NCBI RefSeq assembly: GCF_006345805.1
Contig: NC_043012.1
Span: 42,656,001 to 42,720,000 of the forward strand
Direction: 5' to 3'
From: Octopus sinensis
Lineage: Eukaryota
Length of the DNA stretch: 64,000 nucleotides
This document shows, one piece after another, positions 23,379 to 36,139 of the stretch. The notes below the pieces were generated by a model. That model did not search any database, was not told the origin of the DNA, and saw only the letters and a program-made list of their open reading frames with translations. Within the stretch, counting starts at the first letter, position 1, and every line of letters begins with the position of its first letter. The position numbers and the translations under genes are program-made.

Positions 23379-24539
23379 ATCTGAAATGGTGCAGCTACTA
23401 CACATACAGACATCCTTGATCGCATCCAAAGGAAGGCTACATGATTGATTGGCACAAAGTCCTTGCTAATATACAGCAACTGCAGGTTCATAGACACCCC
23501 ATTTCCACACACAGCCTTTCTTTCTGTTACTACAGTGGCCTTTGCTTCTCAAAACTCAGTGGTTTTGTGTCACCTCCACTCAGGCCTCATTTGTCTTTCC
23601 TTCTAATGTCAGCCATATTGTATTTGCTCACCACTTTATGACCCTCGCGAACCCTTCTTCCCATTTCCTTATCCAGTTTTCCCAGTTCACTAAAATACCT
23701 TCCCTGCCCAATTTTATCTGCAGTTGTTCAAGAGAAATATCAACTGCATCAATCTCACTGGTTTTGTCTGAAGAAAGGGGCAGATAAAAAACATCATAAC
23801 ACATAAACCCTCATACTCACATAGTTATTGGGTGTAAAAAGTTCAAAAACATTTTTAAACATATATTTAGAAAATGGAGACTATATACAAAACTATGAAA
23901 AAGATATTTTCCACTAAAATGATGTTTTGATAAGATAAGGTCAGAAAAATCAAAGAGTTTTTGACAAAGGAATAGTAGGTTACAGGTTGTTTACAGAGTT
24001 GCCGCCACTGACAAAAATATGGTGCAAAGGTGGAAGGAGTTTAAAGCAGGAGAGGAGGGGGAACTAGCATTTAAGAAAAACTACATACAAAAATAAATCA
24101 TTAACTGCAACCACTAACACAGATCAGCAGTGAGCAGATGAACTGTTTTGTGGACAGACAAATCACAATCTGAGAGCTTCCTGTATAACTAGACTGCAGT
24201 CATAATGCATTACAAAAGATGATGGAAGACTTTAGGTATAGTTAAGTGCTACCAACTATTTTTCCATGCTCAACTGGGTAGGGTGGAATTTATTGAGGCA
24301 GAGTTTCTATGGCCAAATGCACTTCCTGTTACCAACACTCATCTCTTTCCAAGTGATATTTCCCCATGGCCAGATGTGTTTATGGAAATCTGGGAATGGA
24401 GGACATTATTTGTATGAATGTGATGATTGTTTAGAACTATCACATGATGCCAAGACAAGGAGACAGTAACACACATGCATACATATACATGCACACACAC
24501 ACACACACACATCTATAAACATGGTGGTTGTCTACTCTT

Positions 24540-26620
24540 TATGCAGAGTTTGACCACCTCTTGTACCTACACCTTAGATTCATCATAGCATCTGATGTGG
24601 CTTTTTAAACCAGACAATGTATTGAAAAGACACTCACGTAGATAGCATATCCAATTTGGACCACCAAGAGCTGCAGTTAGGTTCTGATCTTTGTGTATCT
24701 TAAAATGTCTTTTGAGGCCTCCATTAGAACTGCAGACCTTGTGGCATACACGGCATTGAAAGGTGTGCACAGAGAAATAGGCAGAATAGTTGGTGGAGGT
24801 TCATTTTTCATGAGTCCTCAAATGAGATTTGAGCCCAGCAAAAGAAAGGTATGGTCTCTCACAAACTGTGCACACAAACAGGTCACTGAGATTCACCTTC
24901 TTGATCACAACATTCTTCCTTAAATCTCTCTTGAATTTTGCATGTGTTATCCTGACCTCCTCAAATGCTTTCACTCCACTCCACACTTTTGTTTGCCATA
25001 CAGCTCGATCCGAAACAAGGGTTTCTATGGGCTTTGGATCCATTCTAAGTGACTTCATGGTAGTCCTTATGCCGTCCTTAAACCTCTTTTTAGGTTTACA
25101 CTGATTGTCTTTTCCCTCTGCAAACTTGCCATAAAACAGATGTTTGGGTGTGCGTTCATCCACCATTTGAACAATATGGCCAGACCATTTCATTTCATTT
25201 TTCAGAAACATTGATTTAATTGTAGTGATGCCTTCAGATGCAAAGACATCTGTGTTCGGAGTAAAAAAGCCCCATTTAATGTTTTAAGTTTGGCAAAAGC
25301 ATTTTTGGTGGAATCATTCTAACAATTTGCAATGTCTTTCATATCATGTTCATATTTCAGAAGAATACAACAGGGTTGGTAAGACAAACGACTGATAGAA
25401 AGCCAATTTTGTGTTGTTATTTATATGCCATTGGCACCAAACGCATGATTCCAAACCACCAAATGCTTGTACTGCCCTTTGAATTCACAGATGTATTTCT
25501 GTGTATAGATTTCCATCATTTTATACAGTTCTTCCAAGGTAAATGAAAGAGTCAACAACCTCAAGTAACTTACCCATAATGAAAATTTTAGTGGGGTTGT
25601 AAACAGCACCACATGCCGGCTGAAACAATGCAACTGTTTCTTTTAAGTTGATGGTCAAGTCAAAGTCATCACAAGCTGTGTCAGATGCAGATACAAGAAA
25701 TTGCAGGCCCATTTCAGAGTGACTGATTAGATCGCAGTCATCAGCATTTAAGAGTTCCCTAATGAGTGAAGTAAAAACTTTCATTTTGAATTTCAGTCTG
25801 GTCAGATTAAAACATTCCCTGTTGCTCAATATTTTACATACATACCCTCCTTGGAGATTTGAAAAGCATGTGATAGCACAACAGCAAAGTATATTGCTAA
25901 GAGGGTGTGTGCATCAAGGTTTCCTTGTTTTACTCCATTTTCCACAGCAAAAGATTCAGAAAGCCTACCACCAAAATTAACTCTAGCCTTCATATCTTGA
26001 TGCAAAGCCTTGATCATGTTCACAAATTTTTCTGGGCAACCTATTTTCCTTAGAATTAGCCACAGAGTATTTTCATTAACAGTATCAAATGCCTTGCTTA
26101 AATAAAAAAAAAGCAATGGTATAGGGCAAAATTCTGTTCAATGCATTTTTCCTGAAATTGTCTGACATTAAAGATACAATCAACTGTGTCTCTGGAAGAG
26201 CAAAAACCACATTGAGACTCAGACACTATATTTGGAACTATGAAGGTATTTAAATGTCCTAACAGAATGCAGGCAAGTACCTTTCCAACTACAGACAAAA
26301 GTGAAATCCCACAAAAATTACCACACAGATCCTTTGGTCCGATTTATACAAGGAGACTAAAATGGCATCAATCCAGTCTTGAGGAACTTCCTCAGTTCTT
26401 CAAAAGTGACAAATTAATATATTTAAGAGTTCAAACATTTTGTCATCCCTGTATTTCAAGACCTCTGCATAGATTCCACCAGACCCTGGAAACTTATTGT
26501 TATTCAGCTTATTCACAGCTAAACATATGCCATAACTGGAATGTTCGAATTTTTCTATCATCCTCATGTCAATGGAAAATGGTCTATTCAAAAGTGCAGT
26601 AAAATGTTCTACCCAGTGTT
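24540..26620 (-). mobile_element. RTE (BovB-like) LINE, decayed RT plus C-terminal C2H2 fingers
   Basis: SESQCGF, LSKAFDTV, GVKQG, LLNADDC, FIYLG, GHIVQMVDERTPK; CTVC...HLRTH and CRVC...HFKIH. Confidence 0.9.
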
Positions 26621-26951
26621 AATGAATATAAGTGGTGTTGGTTAAAGGCAAATATCCATTTGATGTCCTCACTGGAGCTACTGAAGAAGATTTTGGACCA
26701 TATACCGATGTAAACATTGGCAAAAACACACCTTTAGTTCATATACGTAATCTCTATCCTTATATATAATTTAAACATTAATTTTCTTCTATATTTAACA
26801 TTCACTAAAAATATCCTTCCTCTTTCTATAGGATACTTCTGACGTTATATCATATAACGTTTTTTCAAACACTATTAATAGCGTTCACTAAATCACTATA
26901 CATATCCATAATTTTCTGTTAAAATGTCTTATTGACGAGTTTTGTTTTTCC

Positions 26952-27038
26952 ACTTCCCTGAAGAGAAGATTGCATTGTTTTATACCATTTATTCTTCTGA
27001 ATAATATCAGTGAAATCTTCGAAACATGTGTCGAAAGT
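26952..27038 (+). ncRNA. type-I hammerhead ribozyme, long stem II (family 4)
   Basis: acttcc CUGAAGA GAAGAUU...AAUCUUC GAAA CAUGUG UC gaaagu; cleavage predicted after C27032. Confidence 0.8.
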
Positions 27039-27093
27039 AAAAATATTTGATTTATACCTGCGTTAAAATCCATCCACCCACCCACCCATCCAT

Positions 27094-27148
<55 letters not shown>

Positions 27149-27239
27149 CACTGCATCCTTGTTACATGAGAAAAGCCATTGCCAAGAAGACTTACTGAAA
27201 GGATTCATGTCTGTTGCCATGTGATGCCCTTATATGACT

Positions 27240-27960
27240 TTTAAACCCGGCCAACCTTTAAAACACATGAGAAACAGGTGCCACCATATGCACTCTCTTA
27301 ACCTGTCTTTTTAAACCTCCAACTGAGAGGCACACTTTTCCACATTTTACACATGTTTTGTTATGAATTTTAATATCTACATCATTGTTTATCATGGGTC
27401 AATCTCTATGAGAATTTTGATGGCTCACCAGGTATGCATGACTCAAATACCTCTGCCCACTAACCACACACATAAAAAGCAACACTCTCTCACTTTCCAC
27501 AGGTTCCCCACTTTTAAGCCCCTTCCTAATTCTCTCATACTTCACTCTCTCCCTCTCAAACCTTGAACAACCATCATGCACTATCTTTCTCCATCCATCA
27601 TGGTCTTGTGTCTCCCTCTCCCAATTACCAAGCTGCAATTCCTTTCTGTATTAGAGCATTTTTAAGGCAATCCATAAACCTTAGTTTAGGCTTATGCGCT
27701 GGTCTCCTACCATCTTCCAACTCACTGTACAATAGCTGTTTGGGCAGTCACTCATCACTCATCCTTACCAAATGTCCCCCCCCACACACACACACACACC
27801 TCAAACGTCTTTGCAAAATCATTGATTCTATACTTCTACAGTCACTCCTTTCAAGCACCTCCACATTACTAATGGCCATATTCCAGTTTATCCCCCCAAT
27901 TTTTCTCAGACAGTATTGATGAAATCATTCACATTGCCTTACCTTCCTACAGTAAACAAC
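27240..27960 (-). mobile_element. second RTE C2H2-tailed LINE 3' fragment
   Basis: GHLVRMSDE.LPKQLLYSEL...KPKLRF; degenerate C2H2 finger ending HQNSH. Confidence 0.8.
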
Positions 27961-28184
27961 TCATGCCTCACTTCCATGTGGCAAAGATGAGAGGACACTT
28001 GTGTTATATACCTTCACTTTAGTTTGTGAAGATATATTATGTTGTTTCCACAGACACCAATCAAGACTACCAAAAGCACTACTAATCCTGCTGATTTTAT
28101 GCTCGCCAGGCATCTATGAATATATGTATACATATATGGTCAGAGATTTAGGGACATCCTCATCAAGAAATTTGATGAGAGGGA

Positions 28185-30771
28185 GGAGGAGCTACAGACG
28201 TTGGACATAGAAGGGAGCTGGAAATTCCTACAGGACAGCTTGCTGAGTATCACAGACCAAGTCTGTGGATGGTGCAAAGCCTCTTCCAGACCTAGAGTTA
28301 CGTGGTGGTGGAATAGTACAATAGACAAAGCCATTAGAGCAAAGAAACAGGCCTGGAAAGCCTGGAGGGATGGGAGTAGCAGGGAACTGTACCAGGTAGC
28401 CAAAAGGGAGGCTGGGCAGCAGGTATACATAGCCAAGGGTGAAGCAGAAAAGAAGAAGACTGCTAATGTCCAGCGATGTGAGGACCAAAGAACTGAGGTA
28501 TTTCGAATTGCAAGACAGTGTGTGAGAGAAAATTGTGATGTCACAAGAGAGAAATGTGTCCGCATGGATGATGGTGCACTTGCTTTCAATGTTTCTGTAA
28601 AGAAAGAGGCTTGGAGAAGCCATTATGAGAGACTGCTGAATGTGGAGAATGAATGGGAGGAGGAGAGCCTGCCAAATGTTGACCCAGTAGAGGGACCAGC
28701 TATCCGAATAGACAGCTCCCTAGTAGTTAAAGCAATTAAGGGTATGAAGCCAGGAAAAGCCCCCGGCCCATCAGGAATCACTGCTGAGATGCTTAAAGCA
28801 TCTGGTGGTGTGGGCTATGGCCTAGTCACCCGCATTGTAAACCAGGTAGTTCAAAATGGAGTCATACCCAATGACTGGCGTAACAGCACCATAGTCAACT
28901 GCTACAAGGGTAAAGGTGATGCTCTGGATAGAAATAACTACAAGGGTATTAAACTGTTGGATCAGGTGATGAAGGTCACAGAGAGGGTCATAGCCCATCT
29001 CATTAGGGAGAGAGTTTGCTTAGATGAGATGCAGTTTGGTTTTGTGCCGGGTAGAAGCACCACTGATGCCCTATTCCTGGTTCAAAAACTGCAGGAGAAA
29101 TACCTAGCTAAAGGTAAACCCCTATACTTAGCTTTTGTGGACTTGGAGAAAGCCTTTGACAGAGTCCCCCAATCCCTTATCTGGTGGGCGATGCAAAAAC
29201 TGGAGATTGATAAATGGTTAATAAGGGCTGTACGGGCCCTATACAGAGAGGCCGTTAGTAAGGTTAGGATTGGCAACGAGTATAGTGAAGAATTCCGGGT
29301 AGAAGTAGGGGTCTACCAAGGTTCAGCCCTTAGTCCCCTTCTATTCATCATAGTCCTCCAGGCAATAACAGAGGAATTCAAGATGGGTTGCCCCTGGGAG
29401 TTCCTCTATGCTGATGACCTGGCCCTCATAGCAGAATCACTACAGGAACTAGAAAAGAAATTTCAGGTGTGGAAGCTAGGTTTAGAATCAAAAGGCCTTA
29501 GAGTCAATGTAGCAATGACCAAAGTTCTAGTAAGTAGGAAGGCAAACACACCACACACCCCTTCAGATAGGTGGCCCTGCTCGATCTGTAGAAAAGGTGT
29601 AGATAGAAACTCCATAAGATGTACCCAGTGTAAACTATGGACACGTAAGAGGTGCAGCACCATCAAAGGAAAATTAACCGAGAAGATAGCTTTCGTGTGC
29701 GGCAGATGCACAGGTGCAATAGACACCATTGATACTCAGAAAACAGATTCCATTACACTCCTGGGGGAGAAACTAGAAGTAGTTGATAGTTTCCGCTACC
29801 TAGGTGACCAAGTTATTAGTGGGGGTGGATGCTCAGAGAGTGTTACCACTAGATTAAGAATATCCTGCGCAAAGTTTACAAAGCTTCTACCCCTATTGGT
29901 GACAAAGGGTCTCTTGCTCAGAGTGAAAGGTAGATTTTACGATGCATGTATGCAAACTGCCATGCTTCACAGCAGTGAAACATGGGCCGTGACCATGGAG
30001 GACATGTGTAGGCTCAAAAGAATTGAAGCTAGCATGATCCACTGGATGTGTAATGTCAGTGTGCACATATGACAGAGTGTAAGCACCCTGAGAGACATGT
30101 TGGACATAAAAAGCATTAGATGTGGCGTGCAAGAGAGACGTTTACTACAGATGGATGAGGAGAGATGTGTGAAGAAGTGCCACTCCCAAACAGTTGAAGG
30201 AATCTGGAGTAGAGGTAGACCCAGGAAGACATGGGATGAGGTGGTCAAATATTTCCTTCAAATGTTGGGCCTCACAGAGGCAATGACGAAAGACTGAGAC
30301 CCCTGGATATATGCTGCGACTGCGAAGACCTGGCAAATAAAGTGAGTTCACGGCTGTATCCTACACCAGTTTCTCATAACCAGCCCCAGCCCATTCAAAA
30401 GTACCTTGGATTGTAGGGCGACTTGCTGTGCTTACCTTGGATCATAGGGCGAACTGCTGTGCTTGAGGAGAACTATTGAGTCAAGTACATCAACATCAAA
30501 ATAAAAATCAAATGGAAATTGTAGTTGTGATACCTGTGCCAGTGGCATGTAAAAAGCACCATCCAAACATGGCCAATGCCAGCGCTGCCTTGACTGACTT
30601 CTGTGCCAGTGGCACGTAAAAAGTACCCACTACACTCACGGAGTGGTCGGCGTTAGGAAGGGCATCCAGCTCAAACTGGAGCCTGGTGCAGCCTCCTGGC
30701 TTCCCAGACCCCAGTCAAACCGTCCAACCGGTGCTATCATGGAAAACAGATAGTTAAACGATGATGATGAT

Positions 30772-30772
<1 letters not shown>
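28185..30772 (+). mobile_element. RTE LINE (PHD family, second subfamily), 623-aa open frame 28201-30072, (GAT)n tail
   Basis: Linker, RT and PHD motifs; terminal module. Confidence 0.95.
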
Positions 30773-30799
<27 letters not shown>

Positions 30800-30810
<11 letters not shown>

Positions 30811-31560
30811 ATTATTGGTGAATTGAAGAAATGGAGCTGAACGCAGATTGAACAGAAATCGTTTTATTTCATTCTACACGTGTTTCGAAAGGCACAAATT
30901 ACCAAAATCCGATTGAATAATGGGACCATATTGTGTCTTTCTCTTCAGGAAGAAAATAGGAAATCCGTTGGAAAAACAAAAACAGAACAGAGGCGGAGCA
31001 AAAACAAATCGAACTATGCTCCTAAGAGCCCATGGCGAAACTGTTTATCAGTGTATGTTGAGAACCGGTGGCTGAAGAATTCAACGGGTCAGGCATCGGT
31101 CAATCATGTGGGTGAGGGTGTGTAGATGTTCTTTGTGACCGAGAATAAAGTTCTGACTATTTAAGGAATATTGGATGTTTTATAAGGGGCGAGAAAAAAT
31201 CTACTTAGAGACGTGTGTGTGTGTATACTGTTCTATATATGTGTGTGTTGGCGTAGGGGTAGAAAACATTTTTTGTGTACGTGTGTGCGTTTGATCGTTC
31301 GGCTGTCAGTGGCTACTGCCGTGAGAACCGTTGGGTGGCAGAAAAAAAATATATATATATTATGTTTTATGTGTGTGTGTGTTCATGTAAGCCTGCCTTG
31401 TCAAGGAAACCCCCCGCTGTGAAAAAACCAAGCCCCGTTTGTCTTACAGGAGTAATTCCCCTTGCAGTGGTTAATCGTAGATATCTTAAAGGCTATTTCA
31501 GAATTTGTTACCAAGGGCTATGGGTGCCGGTATTATTTATAAATTATAAAATTATTAAAT
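30800..31560 (-). mobile_element. PLE-derived-like element ending in (TA)n and containing an HHR
   Basis: HHR lies ~65 nt from the (TA)n at its 3' end; boundaries approximate. Confidence 0.5.
30865..30958 (-). ncRNA. type-I hammerhead ribozyme with intact core (family 4), sense to the SPRYD3 intron
   Basis: uauuuucuuc CUGAAGA GAAAGACACAA...UUGUGCCUUUC GAAA CACGUG UA gaaugaaaua; stem I 9/10 bp, stem II 10/11 bp, palindromic stem III ACACGUGU. Confidence 0.88.
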
Positions 31561-31592
31561 TTATATAAAATTATAAAATTATAAAATTATTT

Positions 31593-31646
<54 letters not shown>

Positions 31647-31689
31647 TATGTGTGTGTGTGGTGTGTGTGTGTGTGTTGTCTGAGATGCC

Positions 31690-33260
31690 AGCAAGTTTGT
31701 TATCACAGATTGGTTGAAATGAGGTTAAATTGTAGTTATTCCTCAGCTTTGTCACATCCACTTTTTGAATTGGTCAAGTGCAATTGTTACGAATAAGACT
31801 GCAGATAGTAAAATTCACCTTTGATTGTATCAATCTATGGTCAGAACAATACTCCTCAATGGAGAAAGGACATGTTACTTGGACACCTTCCCTCATGGAA
31901 GACTTCACAATTATGTAATCAATGAGGTAATAATGGATGGATTGGGGATGCTTCCAAGTAGTCTTGTGGTGGTTGGGGAGTTGGAAAATAGTATAGATAA
32001 GTGATAGCAGCAGATAGCCATTTGCGTTTGCTTTGCCAACCCCATGCTTCCCTATTACATCACCCCATATGAATGAATCACAAACTATGCGTGCATTGAA
32101 ATCACTAAGCAGATGAAATTCACCAGTGATGGGACACATCTCAACTAGCAACATAGTTCAAAGCAGAACTGCTCTTTGACTACTTTGTTTGAGTTCATGG
32201 TTGGAGCATAGCAACGGAAAATAGTTGCATATTTATTTTTACTAAAGCAGATACGCAATGAGCCTTTCACTAATGCTAACTGGCAGAGATGTAAGACATT
32301 TCACCAGGTCATTCTTAATAGCAAACCCAACACCTACCACTTTCTTTACTTCCTGAGGCTTACCCATCCAGAAAAAAGTGTATCCACGATCCACTTCTTG
32401 TAACTGACCACAGTCCACTAGTCTGGTCTCTGAAAGAGCTGCTATTCCAATATTTTTTTTACTTTTTTTCAAGACACAGCAACCAAAGCAGTCCTACATT
32501 CTATGTTTTTCTTGCTCTTCTGAAAAGTTCACACATTCCAAGATGCAATGAAAAAGTATTCTGTTCTCAATTTGCTTAATCTTCTGGTACGGGTTTGGAT
32601 ACCCAGTCATTTGCACCTAATGACAAGGAGCATATGCAAGTAAGCAATTTTTAGGTCATATTTTCTTCACCCCCTCTTCCACAGGAGGAAAGAAGTGCCA
32701 TCCTAAATAGGGTTGCTTTGTTGTGAAAGGAAAACATGAATTACATAATTACTTGTAGATGTTGTGTAAAACAGCCATCTACCTTTCACCACCTATGTGC
32801 GAAGTTCAAGCTCAGAACTTCCAGTGATATCCTTCACCTGTTCCCACTGCTATCCCTTCTGTCATAGGATTTTTTGTTGGGGAGGTGGGGCACAAAACAT
32901 GTTGGTGATATTTGCTGATGGTATTTTACTGAACCATCTGCACATGGTTTTGTTAACAGTGGTCATTGCTTGTGCAGCACAATGCACACTCTCTCAATCA
33001 AACAAGCATTTTATTGTACTGGTGCACGGTGTGCCACGTGTCAGATGCTAGATTGATCACAGATTTGAGATCAGGGTGGCCTTCTCCTAATCTAGTTGCT
33101 TTAAAGCTACAGAGCCCAGACTGCCCAATGAATAAGTAGATGTCGATAGTGAACACCAGCTAAAGGGACTGTCAGCAACCACAAACCTGGTTTTGTATCA
33201 GAGTATTCCTTCTCGCAGATGAGCTGCCGTCACCACAGCTAAGGAGCCCCACCTGCCCCA
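31690..33260 (-). mobile_element. RTE LINE 5' part: 5' UTR and AP endonuclease (possibly the 5' end of 24540-26620)
   Basis: IAALSETRL, GVGFAIK, DFNARI, GKANANG, TTWKHP, IDYIIV, SDHRLI. Confidence 0.88.
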
Positions 33261-33529
33261 TACATATATACACATAGAAAGAGTAAAAAATACGAGACTT
33301 AAGAATATCAATAAGATATATAAAAACAATATATACATATGTATATATATACACATACACACACACACATCTGATGATATGAGGTTCTTGAAGGAACCCA
33401 CCCAATGAAATTGGGTTCTGGGAGCACTGTGTATTCCACCCACACGTAACAATAAAGCTTTTCATACACCCTACCCCAAGAAACCAAATTACAATTCCTT
33501 CCCTCTTTCTCACTTTCCATTTTTCATGC

Positions 33530-35741
33530 TTTATCATCATCATCATCATCATCATTATCATCTGATGTCCATTTTCCGTACTGGCATGGGTTGGACAGTT
33601 TGACAGCAGCTGGCTAAGCAGAAGACTGCACTGGGCTTCACTGTCTGTTTTGGCAGGATTTTTATGACTGTATACCCTTCCTAACACACACCACCTAACA
33701 GAGTGGACTGGGTGATTTTTACGTGGTACCAGCACCGTTGAGGTTTGTTTTGACACAGTTTTAACAGTTGGATGCCTTTACAAATGCCAACCACTTTACA
33801 GTGTGGACTGGGTGCACCAGCACTGGCAGGGTCACCAACTAACTTGCAAGACAAAGATCCTTTGAGAGTGGTGGGGGGACATTAGAGGTGGTGGCTTTGT
33901 GTCAGGTGATGAGAGGATAGAGTGTGACAGAGGAATAGAAAAAGGCGTCTTGCAGTAGAGGAGATACATGGTTGCCCAGCCAGTGGGAGAGACCAAAAGT
34001 GAGTGAGTGAGTGTGAGAGAGAGAGAGAGAGAATGATAAGAATGAGAGTGGAAGTGAACAAAAGGAAGAAAGTGCAAAAGAGAGCAGGAGAAAGATGGTG
34101 GTGAAGTGCCAGGGCAAACCATCAAGGTAGGGGGATCAGAATATAAATGGGGTGATAGAGTATTGCCAAAGGTGCATGAGTAGGGAGCAGGGACTTCACA
34201 TGTATGCAAATAGTATGGGAGTGGTGAATGCAGTGACAGGTGAAATGTAGGTATATAAGGAAGGTGGGGTTCAAAAGGATAGCAATGATATAGTGAGCGG
34301 GGCAGTGAGAACAGGATTAGGGAGTGAAATATCAGCATAGACATGATGCATGAAAAAGAGGAAATGTGAGGAAGAGATGTAGTTTGGTTTGTTGGGGTAG
34401 GGTGTGAAAAATAAAAAAAAATTTTTTGTTGTTACAAATGAGTGGAACACAGTACTCTCAGAACTCAGTCTTACTGAGGTAGGCAGGTCTTCTCAAGAAC
34501 CTCATATCACTAGACATCACAGTCCATTATCATCTCCTCCATGAGGCCCAACATCCTGAGATCGGTCCTCATCCTATGTCTTCCTGAGTTTCCCTCTTCT
34601 ACAGGTGCCATCAACTGTCAGTGATCAGCACTTCTTCATACAGCTGTCTACATTCATATGCATCACATGTCCAAACCAACATAGTCTTCTCCTTTCCTTA
34701 CAGCATCTGATTCCTCTTATGCCCATTTTTTTCTCTCAGCACATTTGCACTTTGTCATACATACACACTAATGTTGCACATTCAGCAGAGCAAACTAACT
34801 TCATTCCTCTCCAGTCTATACATGTCTTCTGCATTCAGAGCCCATATCTCACTACCATTTGTACATAAGCATCATACAATCTGCCTTTCACTCAGAGAGA
34901 GAGAGTCCTTTTGTTGCCAACAGAGGTAATAGTTCTCTGAACTTCCTCCATTCTATTCTTATTCTAAAACAATACTTTCAGAACATCCTCAACCATTGCT
35001 AATTTGGTCACCTAGGTAATCGAAACTATTTGCAACCTCAAGAGAGCTGCCTGGACATTTGAGAGAGTCTAATTCTCATGTGTCCTATGTGCGTATTGTT
35101 CTTGTACGTCTACACACAAAGATGACATTTTCTTCAATTCCATGCACCTCTTATACATCTATAGATTACACTGGGTGCAGTGAATAGAATTACTTCCAAC
35201 TCCTTTCCTACATATTGAGCAAGGCCATTTACCTGACGGAAAGAGAGTCTTGTCTACTTTCTTGCTAATAACAACTTTGGTCTTCACTGGTGATATGTGA
35301 GTATATAGGGGAGGCCCTTTGATTCCAGGTTTTGCTTCCATACTTGAAATTTCTTTCCCAATTCTGTTTCAGATTCTGCAATAAGAGAAAGGTCATCATA
35401 ATATAGTAGTTCCCATGAGCAGCCTATGTTGAATTACTCTGTTATAGTCTGGAGGATTATGATAAGAGTAGAACTGAGAACTAAGCCCTGGTGAACCCCT
35501 ACATGTACACTAAATTCATCACTGTATTCATGGTCAACTCTCACCCTACTGATAGCACTGTTGTACATGGCTTGTACAGCTCTAACAAGCCACTTCTCTA
35601 CTCCTAACTTCCTTAGAGAACACCAGATAACAGAGCAAGGAACTATGTCAAAAGCTTTTTCTAGGTTGACAAAAGTCACATACAATGGCTTACTTTTGGC
35701 CATATAATTCTCTTGAAGTTGTCTCACTAGGAAGATGGCAT
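33530..35741 (-). mobile_element. decayed RTE LINE (PHD family) with long 3' UTR and (GAT)n tail
   Basis: TDAIFLVRQLQENY, LEKAFD, GVHQG, SGKWPCSIC. Confidence 0.85.
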
Positions 35742-35912
35742 CTGTGGGACGAAGTTAAAATAATAGACAGAGAACACCACTGGAAAATATGAAAACTAAA
35801 AGCAGCAGCACATATGCTAGGACATGACAACCTCCTAAGCAGACCGAATGCAGATATGAACAGCATATGGGAACCGGTATTAGGGAAGGATAGGAAAATA
35901 TTAGATTTATAA
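35742..35912 (+). pseudogene. Penelope-like GIY-YIG C-terminus
   Basis: LWDEVKIIDREHHWKI*KLKAAAHMLGHDNLLSRPNADMNSIWEPVL...*; fits the PLE pattern W..VKI.D.E..W..R.LKEA.H...L. Confidence 0.7.
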
Positions 35913-35941
35913 GCCCTAAAATTCACTCCATAATTGCCCAC

Positions 35942-36042
35942 AGGCATGTGGCGTAGTGGTTAAGAGCGCAGGCTACTAACCCCAAGATTCCAAGTTCGAT
36001 TCCAGACCTGAATAATAATAATAATAATAATCGAAAAATACC
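35942..36042 (+). mobile_element. tRNA-like head of the HHR-SINE family (A box TGGCGTAGTGG, B box AGTTCGATTCC, (AAT)n), 3'-truncated
   Basis: Homologous to 14150-14270 and 50720-50875. Confidence 0.85.
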
Positions 36043-36139
36043 TGCTCCAGCATGGCCATAGTCACATGACTGAAACAAGTAAAACAATTAAAAACTAAGC
36101 TGTTATAATCCCGAGCAACACCAGGTATCTCAGCTAGTT

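Larger units (their letters stand above)
20830..23770 (+). mobile_element. old CR1/Jockey-like LINE 3' fragment (20830-20940 plus 23379-23770) split by an RTE insertion
   Basis: PTMKYCFHI | (W)NGAATTHTDILDRIQRKAT...LSFCYYSGLC reads across the insertion. Confidence 0.7.

Noticed and set aside
26836-26870. CTGACG plus hairpin CGTTATA/TATAACG
   Set aside because: Lacks the GA and GAAA core elements; too degenerate to call
33832-34344. 170-aa ORF rich in H/S/L/P
   Set aside because: Low-complexity LINE 3' UTR with no domain or splice support
35942-36010. Possible tRNA gene (also other tRNA-like heads)
   Set aside because: No acceptor stem closure; runs into SINE body and is repeated with SINE flanks
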